Positions 47,386 through 56,694 of a stretch of 64,000 nucleotides of DNA are shown one piece after another. The notes beneath the pieces were generated by a model, which worked only from the letters and a program-made list of their open reading frames with translations, had not been told where the DNA came from and did not search any database. A program made the position numbers and the translations under genes. Numbering within the stretch: the first letter of the stretch is position 1; every line of letters starts with the position of its first letter. Source of the DNA: a virus (lineage: Duplodnaviria; Caudoviricetes); IMG/VR virus record IMGVR_UViG_3300046733_000629; one strand, written 5' to 3'.

Positions 47386-47589
47386 ATGGGAACAGGTACA
47401 ATTAATAGTAAAAAAAGATATCTAAATAACTTAACAACCAAACATAGAATGCTTGACAAAGAAATAAATGTGTTATATAATAATCACAGTAGCGATGATA
47501 TTGTTAAAGCAAAGAAACAAGAAAAGTTACAATTGAAAGAAGCAATTGTTGCTATGGAAAATGAACTAAATCAAATAAGTAAACACTAA
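47386..47589 (+). CDS. DUF465/YdcH-like coiled-coil protein
   Basis: L..KHRMLDKEI...KQEKLQLKEAI. Confidence 0.7.
   Translation: MGTGTINSKKRYLNNLTTKHRMLDKEINVLYNNHSSDDIVKAKKQEKLQLKEAIVAMENELNQISKH
47453..47481 (+). promoter_or_regulatory. Internal sigma70 promoter
   Basis: TTGACA-17 nt-TATAAT inside the DUF465 gene. Confidence 0.65.
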
Positions 47590-47604
47590 CTAGGTAATAT
47601 AGTA

Positions 47605-48135
47605 ATGAAAAGAGATTATACATCAAGCAATGACGTAACTGGCGTAACGTTCTTTGTCGGAACAGAAATTGAACATACTCCTACTTTTGGTATGAAAACA
47701 CTATTTGTAGTTGGTATGCAAGATATAGATGAAGTTAAAGAAATGGCAGAACGTAATGAAGTTGATGCTATCTATTTAGGTGCTAATCAAAGTTTTGAGA
47801 TTACTGGAGAACATGGAACTGATGCTGAACAAGAAGGTTGGGATGCATTAGTTAAGGGTTTGGTTACAGACTATTATGTAACATTAGACTTTGATTTAGA
47901 AGATGTTGATTGGATCCAAGAAAGTGGATACACTGAATATAATAATTTTATCCCAATGGTATCTGTTAAGGTTCCATACATTGAACAGTTGGGATATAAT
48001 ACTTGTATTAAATTTGATGATATTGATTTTAATGCAACAAATAAAGGAGTATGGACACACCGTCTACATTCTTTAATGGACCCTAAGAAGTTCACAAATT
48101 GGAACCAATACAAACAAGACGAAATAATTGAATAG
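47605..48135 (+). CDS. Hypothetical protein inside the deazaguanine operon (176 aa)
   Basis: FFVGTEIEHTP...TLFVVG...IYLGANQSF...KFDDIDF...GVWTH. Confidence 0.7.
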   Translation: MKRDYTSSNDVTGVTFFVGTEIEHTPTFGMKTLFVVGMQDIDEVKEMAERNEVDAIYLGANQSFEITGEHGTDAEQEGWDALVKGLVTDYYVTLDFDLEDVDWIQESGYTEYNNFIPMVSVKVPYIEQLGYNTCIKFDDIDFNATNKGVWTHRLHSLMDPKKFTNWNQYKQDEIIE

Positions 48136-48146
48136 GAGAATATACA

Positions 48147-48341
48147 ATGCCAAAGAAAATTCGTTTAATGGATGATGCAACAGCAACAGCAACGGCTGAA
48201 GCACCAGCAACTACAACAGAAGCAGGTGCAGGCTCTGTTGATAAACAAACAGTTGATGCACTAATGAAGTATCTTGAAGCTATTGATTGGAAGCTATGGG
48301 AAATGCTTAAAATCATGAAAGCCGATCAAGAAAGTAAGTAA
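48147..48341 (+). CDS. Small hypothetical protein
   Basis: AGGAG SD; LEAIDWKLWEM. Confidence 0.65.
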   Translation: MPKKIRLMDDATATATAEAPATTTEAGAGSVDKQTVDALMKYLEAIDWKLWEMLKIMKADQESK

Positions 48342-48342
48342 C

Positions 48343-48735
48343 ATGATTAATGTAACACAACGGCAAATCTGGGTAACATTTAGTAAGGAAGGTGTACACT
48401 TGTATCCTGCCGCTATTGATGATCCAGCACTAGCCACAGGTAAGTGGGATGACGTGTCATTCTTAGGATATGCACACAGACATATCTTTCACTTTAAAGT
48501 AGCAATTGATGTGTTCCATGATGACAGAGATATTGAATTTATTCAATTCAAACGTTGGTTGGAATCACTATATGCTAACAGCACATTAGAACTAAATCAT
48601 CGTAGTTGTGAGATGATAGCAGAGGAATTAGCACAGGAAATACACAACAAGTATCCTAATCGTTCAATTACAATTTCAGTCGCAGAGGATAATGAGAACG
48701 GTGCGACAATGACATTTAACCCAACAGAAGGATAA
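48343..48735 (+). CDS. queD: QueD-like T-fold protein (6-carboxy-tetrahydropterin synthase-like)
   Basis: HRHIFH metal-binding motif, DRDIEF, SCEMIA; 130 aa; near folE. Confidence 0.7.
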   Translation: MINVTQRQIWVTFSKEGVHLYPAAIDDPALATGKWDDVSFLGYAHRHIFHFKVAIDVFHDDRDIEFIQFKRWLESLYANSTLELNHRSCEMIAEELAQEIHNKYPNRSITISVAEDNENGATMTFNPTEG

Positions 48736-48739
48736 CGTA

Positions 48740-49099
48740 ATGTCTACAATTAAAAACGACAATAGCGTTTCAGTAAATTATTTTAAACTGGCTGGCTATT
48801 ATAACATCAATGATATTAAGTATGACCTACTTAAAATTATTGCTCCATATGATGGATACATGTATAATGAGAAAGAAACAGACAAACTCATTAGTGTATT
48901 TAACTCTTACTTGGGAGACCTTAAAAAGAGTTATAAAATCTTTAGTTATGATATTCAGACTACTGAAAAAGAAAATGCATTTACTTTTGATATTCAAATC
49001 AAAATGCAAAAAGACCGTAGCCCTAAGAAGCTAAAAATCCACGTAGGTAAACTTTGGTACGAAGTTAACAAAGCCAAAGAAGCGAGTGAGAATGCGTAA
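48740..49099 (+). CDS. Hypothetical protein
   Basis: Operon-packed 119-aa ORF. Confidence 0.6.
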   Translation: MSTIKNDNSVSVNYFKLAGYYNINDIKYDLLKIIAPYDGYMYNEKETDKLISVFNSYLGDLKKSYKIFSYDIQTTEKENAFTFDIQIKMQKDRSPKKLKIHVGKLWYEVNKAKEASENA

Positions 49100-50309
49100 G
49101 CTATTCTACATGGGCTTAGAACCTTATGAAGGTCGTTACACACTACAGTTACAAGACTGGAGTGAAGCGGCTTTTAAAAAACGTGGCATCGAATATGTAG
49201 TTGTTCCAGGCACTACAATCGATAATACTAAATCAATTAGTGTAGGGCAAGTACTAGATGCACATGGTAGATCATACTTTGGTATGAGTCAACTTATGAA
49301 CTTAGTACAAATGATGCGTAATGGTGAATGTAGCGGAGAAGATGTAGTATTCTTTGAAGATATGTTCCAACCTGGTATTGAAAGTTTACCATACATTATG
49401 TGTCAAGTTCCAGAAGAACAACGACCAAAGATTTATTTACGTTGTTTAGCACAAGCAGTAGACCCAGATGACTTTGTTCATGTATGGGGTATGAGCAAGT
49501 GGATGTCTTTATACGAACAAATGTGTAATGAGATTCCTAATGTACATATTCTTGCAACTAATGAAGAAATGGTTGCACATATGCGTATTGCTAATTGGAA
49601 TGCACCAATCTACAACATATCTGGTTTGAGCTTTGGCAAAGAAGAAGTTCAAAGTCGTGTTGATAATAAAATTAAGCCATGGGAAGAACGTAGCAACAGA
49701 GTAGTATTTGCGGCACGTTTTGATCAAGAGAAGCAACCAGACTTCTTTATGGATGTTATCGAAATGGTACACGAAAGAACTAAATCTTTTGATAGAGATG
49801 ACTTAACAGATAAAATTTATCCTGTAGAGTTTGCAGTACTAAGTGGAGGACCTTTACGTAGTAATAATCAAAAGTATTTAGATAGAGCTTTACAAATGGA
49901 AGCAGAAGGTAAACTTACAATTCTAAAAGATTTACAGAAGAATGATTACTATAATGTAGTTAATGATTCTAAAGTAATGTTTAATTGTGCATTGCAAGAC
50001 TGGGTATCTAATACAGTAAGTGAAGCAGATGCATTAGGTTGTAACGTAGTTTATCCTGCATACAGAAGTTTTCCAGAAACGTTTGCAAACGATCATACTA
50101 GACTTTACATGCCATGGAGTAAAGAAGATGCAGTAAGTAAAATCTTAGCAGGACTTGAAGCACCTTCTAACAACATGGGTAAGATTAGTGATTGGACAAA
50201 CGGAACTATCGATCGTATGATTGATATTATGGAAGGCAGTTATAAACATAACCAATGGTTACGTAGTGGTAACAGATATCGTGATCACGTAGCTAAGGAG
50301 AAATATTAA
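49092..50309 (+). CDS. GT-B glycosyltransferase (GT4-like)
   Basis: VVFAARFDQEKQPDFF and SNTVSEADALGCNVVYP. Confidence 0.75.
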   Translation: MRKLFYMGLEPYEGRYTLQLQDWSEAAFKKRGIEYVVVPGTTIDNTKSISVGQVLDAHGRSYFGMSQLMNLVQMMRNGECSGEDVVFFEDMFQPGIESLPYIMCQVPEEQRPKIYLRCLAQAVDPDDFVHVWGMSKWMSLYEQMCNEIPNVHILATNEEMVAHMRIANWNAPIYNISGLSFGKEEVQSRVDNKIKPWEERSNRVVFAARFDQEKQPDFFMDVIEMVHERTKSFDRDDLTDKIYPVEFAVLSGGPLRSNNQKYLDRALQMEAEGKLTILKDLQKNDYYNVVNDSKVMFNCALQDWVSNTVSEADALGCNVVYPAYRSFPETFANDHTRLYMPWSKEDAVSKILAGLEAPSNNMGKISDWTNGTIDRMIDIMEGSYKHNQWLRSGNRYRDHVAKEKY

Positions 50310-50310
50310 T

Positions 50311-51273
50311 ATGAAAGTACTAGTAACAGGAGCAGGTGGATATATTGGTTCACAAACATGTAAGACATTATATAACAAAGGATATCATGTCGTAGGTGTT
50401 GATAGAAACAGGATTAAACATAGCTATTGTAAAACTGTTTATTCAGGAAATTACAGTGACTACGCCGTGCAAGCGTTACTACTTGATATTGATTGCGTAG
50501 TTCATATTGGAGCAACCAGTTTAGTTGGACCTAGTGTTTTAGACCCTAGTAAGTACTATAACAACAATGTTGCAAGTACACTTGAACTACTTGATGCATG
50601 TAAAAATCAAGGCGTTAATCGTTTTGTTTTTGCAAGCAGTGCGGCAACTTATGGTGAGCCAGAGGAAGATGTATGTAATGAAAAAGAAATACATGAACCT
50701 GTAAACCCATATGGTTGGAGCAAACGTATGACTGAGATTATGTTAAAAGATTATGCAACTGCATATGGAATTAACAGTGTCAGTTTACGTTTCTTTAACG
50801 TAGCTGGTGCAGACTTAGATGGTGAGTTTGGACAAGAAAAAGCGGCTACACATATTATTGCTAAACTTATGGAAATGACTATGGCTGGCAAAGACTTTAC
50901 ATTAAATGGAGATAGTTTTAATACACCAGACGGAACTTGTGTTAGAGATTATGTACATGTAGATGATGTAGCACGTGGTATAGCTATGGCAGTAGACTTC
51001 ACACAATTTAAAAATGATGCTTATGTATTTAACTTAGGCAACGGTGAAGGATACAGTAACATGGATATTGTAAAAGCAGTTGAAGATCATACACCATTAA
51101 AACCTGTTATTCATACAGGACCTGCTAGAGCAGGAGATCCTGCAAAGCTAGTAGCAGATAGTGAACTAGCAAATAAACTATTGCAATGGAAGCCAAACTA
51201 TGGACTTGACACAATAGTTAAGACAGCATACAATTATTATTTAAAAACAAATAAAACGACATCCTCGTCGTAA
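50311..51273 (+). CDS. galE: UDP-glucose 4-epimerase
   Basis: TGAGGYIG, SSAATYG, YGWSK (YxxxK), LRFFNVAGA, DGTCVRDYVHV. Confidence 0.9.
   Translation: MKVLVTGAGGYIGSQTCKTLYNKGYHVVGVDRNRIKHSYCKTVYSGNYSDYAVQALLLDIDCVVHIGATSLVGPSVLDPSKYYNNNVASTLELLDACKNQGVNRFVFASSAATYGEPEEDVCNEKEIHEPVNPYGWSKRMTEIMLKDYATAYGINSVSLRFFNVAGADLDGEFGQEKAATHIIAKLMEMTMAGKDFTLNGDSFNTPDGTCVRDYVHVDDVARGIAMAVDFTQFKNDAYVFNLGNGEGYSNMDIVKAVEDHTPLKPVIHTGPARAGDPAKLVADSELANKLLQWKPNYGLDTIVKTAYNYYLKTNKTTSSS
51206..51234 (+). promoter_or_regulatory. Internal sigma70 promoter upstream of folE
   Basis: TTGACA-17 nt-TACAAT. Confidence 0.55.
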
Positions 51274-51287
51274 ACTCGGAGAACAAA

Positions 51288-51977
51288 ATGAGTAAAAGTA
51301 AAGAAATTAAGGCCCGTTTGCAGGACGCAAACATTCGTCATTGGGCAGGCGACAACATTTCAGAAGTCTTACAACAAGGCGACAAAGAAGCACTAATTGA
51401 AGATGCCACAGTAGCATTTGAAAACGTTCTTGATACATTATTAATTGACAGACATAACGATCCTAATTCAATGGGTACAGCAAGGCGCCTAGCTAAAATG
51501 TACTACAATGAAATTATGGCAGGACGTTATGATCCTGCTCCTGGTGCAACAGCATTTCCTAATGACAGCGATGATCGATATGAAGGTATGCTAGTAGTAC
51601 GTAGTGAACTTAAAAGCATGTGTTCGCATCACCATCAGCCAGTAGCAGGTATTGCATACATTGGTATTATTGCCGCAGACAAACTAATTGGTTTAAGCAA
51701 GTACACACGTATTGCACAATGGTGTTCTAGACGTGGTACACTACAAGAAGAACTTGCTAACGACATTGTACGTGAAATTCAAAAAGCAACAGATGCAAAA
51801 CACTTAGGTGTATATATTCAAGCAACACATGGTTGTTGTGAGAACAGAGGTATTATGGCAACTAGCAGTCTTACACAGACAACTGTACTAAAAGGTGCAT
51901 TCAAAGATGATCCTGGTACAAAGAAAGAGTTTATGGATAACATTAAACTACAACAATCATATGCGAGTGGAAAATAA
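51288..51977 (+). CDS. folE: GTP cyclohydrolase I
   Basis: TARRLAKMY, SMCSHHHQP, IGLSKYTRIAQW..RRGTLQE, HGCCENRG. Confidence 0.95.
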   Translation: MSKSKEIKARLQDANIRHWAGDNISEVLQQGDKEALIEDATVAFENVLDTLLIDRHNDPNSMGTARRLAKMYYNEIMAGRYDPAPGATAFPNDSDDRYEGMLVVRSELKSMCSHHHQPVAGIAYIGIIAADKLIGLSKYTRIAQWCSRRGTLQEELANDIVREIQKATDAKHLGVYIQATHGCCENRGIMATSSLTQTTVLKGAFKDDPGTKKEFMDNIKLQQSYASGK

Positions 51978-51978
51978 A

Positions 51979-52482
51979 ATGGTGAACAAAGTATATTATA
52001 CATGGAAAGATATTGAACATATGGTTAACACTGTTAACAATCTTATGTTTGCAGACAATTGGCGTCCTGACTACATTGTAGGAATGACACGTGGTGGATT
52101 AGTACCAGCAGTCATTATGTCTAACATTACAGGAATTAAAATGCATGCGTTAGATGTGCGTTTCCGTGATGGAGACTCTCAAGAATCAAATTCTTGGATG
52201 GCTGAAGATGCACATTCAGGTAAAAACATTCTTGTGTTTGATGACATTAATGATAGTGGTAAAACTATGCAATGGGTTAAAGATGATTGGCCATCGGGTT
52301 GTTATCCAGGTAGTGCTTGGGATAATGTTTGGGGTAATAATGTTAGGTTTGCCTCATTACTTGACAACCAAGCAAGTGACTTTGGCGAAGTAGATTACAC
52401 AGCTATGGAAATTAATAAAATGGAAAAGGATGTATGGGTAGTATTTCCTTGGGAAGGTGAGCGAGATTATGGAAACTTCTGA
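51979..52482 (+). CDS. Type I phosphoribosyltransferase (Gpt/Hpt-like)
   Basis: IVGMTRGGLVPA, ILVFDDINDSGKT, WVVFPWE. Confidence 0.88.
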   Translation: MVNKVYYTWKDIEHMVNTVNNLMFADNWRPDYIVGMTRGGLVPAVIMSNITGIKMHALDVRFRDGDSQESNSWMAEDAHSGKNILVFDDINDSGKTMQWVKDDWPSGCYPGSAWDNVWGNNVRFASLLDNQASDFGEVDYTAMEINKMEKDVWVVFPWEGERDYGNF

Positions 52483-52777
52483 TGATACTATAACTATAAC
52501 ATCTGCTCCAGACTATTCTCATTCATATTATACTGTAGCTCCATCTAGTATTACAATAGATATAGATGAACCTGAGATTGTAATTGGAGATATGACTGCT
52601 ACAGAACTTTGTAAAACAATTAAAAATCAACGGTTAGAGATTGAAGCCCTTACTGATATATTAAATGAAATAGTTGATTCAGGTAACTTAAATATTCCTA
52701 TGAATATAAAAGAAAGAGTATCTCAAAAACAATTCCTTGAGATACTATCAGGAGACTCAAACAATGAAGACATTTAA
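52457..52777 (+). CDS. Hypothetical protein
   Basis: Overlaps both neighbours; start uncertain. Confidence 0.55.
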   Translation: MSEIMETSDDTITITSAPDYSHSYYTVAPSSITIDIDEPEIVIGDMTATELCKTIKNQRLEIEALTDILNEIVDSGNLNIPMNIKERVSQKQFLEILSGDSNNEDI

Positions 52778-53333
52778 AATTGAAATGTATGGATATGGTG
52801 GTGAGATAGTACTAGGTACTATTACCAAAGAAGCATACGAACATTGGGCAGACAGAGACGAAGAAGATGAAGGAAGACATCATCATTTATTTTGGGACCC
52901 ATATGAAGAACAAGAGGGCAATGATGTTATTGATGATGACGATCCACGTTTTTTAGGCATGTGGCATGAGATAGATGATATTACACATACACATGGTGCA
53001 TTTTATGATCGTTGTACAGTTGAAGTAATTGATGAAGATGATAAAACAATCTGGCAAACTGAAGATCCTGAAATAGAATCTACTACAATTGAAGATCCAG
53101 ATGATCAGCCAGCAGGATATTATTTTAAAGGTTGGAGCTCTGAAAAGGGGCATTTCTTTAGTGCAGAGTTTGATGCAGAGGAATTTGACCCTAAAAAGCT
53201 GAAGTTTTTTGCTACAAATGTTGATTGTGATGTAGTAATTGATAGTGTAGAATATGACGGAAATACGCTAGATAATGACGGTGGAGACACCATAGGTAAG
53301 TCCTTAGGCCAGGAATTTTACGAAAATCTATAA
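52737..53333 (+). CDS. Highly acidic hypothetical protein
   Basis: AGGAG SD favours a start near 52764 (MKTFKIEMYGYGGE). Confidence 0.65.
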   Translation: MRYYQETQTMKTFKIEMYGYGGEIVLGTITKEAYEHWADRDEEDEGRHHHLFWDPYEEQEGNDVIDDDDPRFLGMWHEIDDITHTHGAFYDRCTVEVIDEDDKTIWQTEDPEIESTTIEDPDDQPAGYYFKGWSSEKGHFFSAEFDAEEFDPKKLKFFATNVDCDVVIDSVEYDGNTLDNDGGDTIGKSLGQEFYENL

Positions 53334-53336
53334 AAA

Positions 53337-53379
53337 CCAAGACATTTCGGTTGACAAATCATAGTATTCTTGTTATTAT
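53337..53379 (+). promoter_or_regulatory. Sigma70 promoter preceded by CCAAGACATTTCGG
   Basis: TTGACA (53351-53356)-17 nt-TATTAT with extended TGn. Confidence 0.8.
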
Positions 53380-53419
53380 ATACAAGTAAGTTAAATTAAT
53401 AACAAGTCAGGAGACTATA

Positions 53420-56110
53420 ATGAAGAAACTATTAGCAACATTTATTATTGCTATATCACTTTCAACAAGTGCATATGCTGGCAATTTTAAAAGCTATTAT
53501 GATTATGCAAGTAATCTAAATAGCGGGCTACAAATTAGCTTTTCTACGTCAATGATTAATAATTATACACGTAGTAACAAAATGTACAAAAACTTGATTG
53601 ACAAGTACGATCATATGTTTTCAAAGTACGGCTGGTTTCAAACTATGAAAGAACGTTATGCGTTCCAACTATCCGAGATCAATAAATTTCAACAATTAAT
53701 TAACGTTAAAGAAGCACAAGTAACTCTTGTAAACACAACTTATAAGGTTACAACTGGTGTTGTTGTAAGGCGTGGTGCAACTACTCTTACAAACGAATCT
53801 ACAAAAGTTGTTGAAGAAACATCTGGCAATATAGTTAAAGAGTTTGCAGTAGTTACTAAAGTTTATAGTACTCCTATTAGAAAAGATTATTGGGAAAATA
53901 CTAATACTATTACTCATTACAGTGATGGTACTACAGGTAGTTCTAATAGTAACAAAATTACAAAAACTACGAACGAAGTTGAAACTGATTCTAAAGTTGA
54001 AAGAGAACTTATCAGAGAATATGCTTTAGTCATACCAGAAGAAGATAACAAGGTAGTTGACAATGCAGACATTAAAATTCTAACTGAGGCAGAATACTTA
54101 GCTAGAAATGATGTTACTCTGTTTGAAACAGAAACATATAATGAAGCAGTTTGGAATATGAACAGTAGAATTAATGAATGGTATACTGTTAATATTTTAT
54201 CTAAAAATTATGCTAACCACTTAGAACAAATTGGTGCACCAGCCGCTTGGGCTAGAGGATACACAGGTAAAGGTAGTACAATTGCTATACTTGATACTGG
54301 TATAGACATGGACCATACTGAGTTTGAAGGCAAGATTAAAGGTGCAGAATGTTTTACAGGACTATGTAAAAATGGACATGAAACAATACATGACGCAAAT
54401 AGATTCTCACACGGAACACATGTTGCAAGTATTGCGGCAGGTAACTTAGACGGCAACGGTACAACAGGTGTTGCACCAGATGCAGACTTGTTAATTGCTA
54501 AGACAGCATGGAACTTTGGATCGTTTGATTTTAGTGTAGCAGATGAAGCAATTGCTTGGGCCGTAAACAACGGAGCAGATGTAATTAACATCAGTGCTAA
54601 CTATATGTTTGATAGAACATACATCAATAGTATAGAAGAGATTTCTCCGGGTATGTATAAGTCAACAGATACAAGAGGACGTAATGGTAAAACATATGAC
54701 AAGTTTGGATATGCGGCACTAGCAGACAGCGATCTTTATTACAAAGATATTGTTGAATCAATGAAAGGTCACGAAGCGGTACTAGTATTGTCAGCAGGTA
54801 ACCAAGGAACAGATGTTGCAGGTCAGCCTAGTTTTATTGCACTAGACGAAGAAGTTGGTGATAGGGTTTTGATTGTTGGTAACTATGATGCACGTCAAGG
54901 TGACATATATAGGCTTTCTAATAAAGCAGGTACTATGTGTTTTGAGGTTAATGTAGATGGTAGTTGTGCAACAAACAAACGAATCAGTGATAGCTTTATA
55001 CTTGCACCAGGTAGGTATGTAGCAGGTGCTGATGCAAATGGTGAGTATAGAACTAACAGTGGAACGTCACAGTCGGCTCCTATGGTATCAGGTGCAGTTG
55101 CAATTGTACATCAAATGTGGCCACATATGACAGGTGCTAACTTAACTAAACTATTGTTAAATACTGCTAATAAGGATCTTCCTAACTATGATGAGAATGT
55201 ACATGGTCAAGGATTGTTAGACTTAGATGCGGCAACACTTCCACAAGGTGCTATTGGTCTTCCTACTACAGGTAGAGCAGAAGGTGGTACTATAAATATT
55301 GGAAGCAGTGGTACTATTGCAATGTCAGGTAATGCTACAATTTCAGCATTGTCACAAACAATGGTAATTGATGATTACGATAGGGATTATTACTTTGATG
55401 CTAACACTATGGTACAAATTAATGACACAAGAACTGCAAGTGCTACATCGTCAGCATTGTATGGATTTACTCCAGACTACTATATTGGGTACAATGGTGG
55501 TACTATTATCCCAATGACAAATGGTGGTACACATATTGCACTTAATGAAGATAACAATAATGTAAGTATTGTACAAAAGTATGAAGGGTTTACATTGGGT
55601 CTTGTTAATGAACAAGGTAGCTTCTTAGGTAACATTGCTGATAGTGAACTTATGAAAGTTACCGGAGCAGAAACTGCATACTTAGGTTACAGTTTTGATA
55701 ACGGTAATGTGTTTGGTAGTGCAACACTAGGAGCAACTAAACTAGATGTAGACAGTAGTTCAATGCTTAAGAGTGCAGACATTATGATGTCTAACAGTGC
55801 AACACTAGGTATTAAGCAAACTGTAGACAGTAGCACATTTGGATTTGTAGCAAGTGTACCAGTTAGTATTACTAGCGGTGATGCACACTTTGATGTTCCA
55901 TCAAGTATAAGTAGTGATGGAAATATTAACAATTCAGAAATGAGTAGTTCGATGAAAGCTGATAAAAGAGAAGTTGACTTTGGAATGTTTTATAACTTCA
56001 ATCCAACAGATACAACTGCATTTACGGCTAACGTAGAACTTAGAACTAATTACGCAGGTACAAGCGAAGATACAGTAAGTGCAGGCGTTACATATAGGAT
56101 AATGTTTTAA
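53420..56110 (+). CDS. Exported S8 subtilisin-like protease with a beta-rich C-terminus (autotransporter-like)
   Basis: Signal peptide; ILDTG, HGTHVAS, SAGN, GTSQSAP; terminal Phe. Confidence 0.85.
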   Translation: MKKLLATFIIAISLSTSAYAGNFKSYYDYASNLNSGLQISFSTSMINNYTRSNKMYKNLIDKYDHMFSKYGWFQTMKERYAFQLSEINKFQQLINVKEAQVTLVNTTYKVTTGVVVRRGATTLTNESTKVVEETSGNIVKEFAVVTKVYSTPIRKDYWENTNTITHYSDGTTGSSNSNKITKTTNEVETDSKVERELIREYALVIPEEDNKVVDNADIKILTEAEYLARNDVTLFETETYNEAVWNMNSRINEWYTVNILSKNYANHLEQIGAPAAWARGYTGKGSTIAILDTGIDMDHTEFEGKIKGAECFTGLCKNGHETIHDANRFSHGTHVASIAAGNLDGNGTTGVAPDADLLIAKTAWNFGSFDFSVADEAIAWAVNNGADVINISANYMFDRTYINSIEEISPGMYKSTDTRGRNGKTYDKFGYAALADSDLYYKDIVESMKGHEAVLVLSAGNQGTDVAGQPSFIALDEEVGDRVLIVGNYDARQGDIYRLSNKAGTMCFEVNVDGSCATNKRISDSFILAPGRYVAGADANGEYRTNSGTSQSAPMVSGAVAIVHQMWPHMTGANLTKLLLNTANKDLPNYDENVHGQGLLDLDAATLPQGAIGLPTTGRAEGGTINIGSSGTIAMSGNATISALSQTMVIDDYDRDYYFDANTMVQINDTRTASATSSALYGFTPDYYIGYNGGTIIPMTNGGTHIALNEDNNNVSIVQKYEGFTLGLVNEQGSFLGNIADSELMKVTGAETAYLGYSFDNGNVFGSATLGATKLDVDSSSMLKSADIMMSNSATLGIKQTVDSSTFGFVASVPVSITSGDAHFDVPSSISSDGNINNSEMSSSMKADKREVDFGMFYNFNPTDTTAFTANVELRTNYAGTSEDTVSAGVTYRIMF

Positions 56111-56694
56111 TGGCAGGAAACAAATACAAAACATATACAAGGGGCAAGCTAGAAGTAATAGCTGGCCCTATGTTTGCAGGAAAGAGCAGTGAGCTTTTAA
56201 AAAGGCTCCTGTTCATTGAACATGGTGGGCATAAAGTATTAGTACTTAAACCTATTATTGATGATCGTTATGAGAGTAATTTTATCGTAACACACAATCA
56301 ATTAAAACACCCGGCTGTGGCTGTAATAGATTTAGAATTAGTAAAAGATAATTACACAATTAAACCTTATAACTTTCACACAGTATTCATTGACGAAGTA
56401 CAGTTTTTTGATAATAAAGAAACTATGTGGTTTATTGAAGAAGGATTAAGAGAAGGTGTTAATTTTGTTGTAGCAGGTTTAGATCAAGATAGTAGAGGTG
56501 TTCCATTTGAAACTACATCGAGGTGTTTAGCACTAGCAGATGAAGTTATAAAGATTAGAGCATTCTGTACAATATGTGGAATGGATGCAGGTAAGACACA
56601 ACGTCTGCGAGCAACTAAACATTCTGATAGAGTAAAGGTAGGTGGTAGTGAAACATACGAACCACGTTGCCATGAACATTGGGAGAGCAAGTAA
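56110..56694 (+). CDS. tdk: Thymidine kinase
   Basis: GPMFAGKS, IDEVQF, AGLDQD, CTICG, GGSETYEPRC. Confidence 0.95.
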   Translation: MAGNKYKTYTRGKLEVIAGPMFAGKSSELLKRLLFIEHGGHKVLVLKPIIDDRYESNFIVTHNQLKHPAVAVIDLELVKDNYTIKPYNFHTVFIDEVQFFDNKETMWFIEEGLREGVNFVVAGLDQDSRGVPFETTSRCLALADEVIKIRAFCTICGMDAGKTQRLRATKHSDRVKVGGSETYEPRCHEHWESK

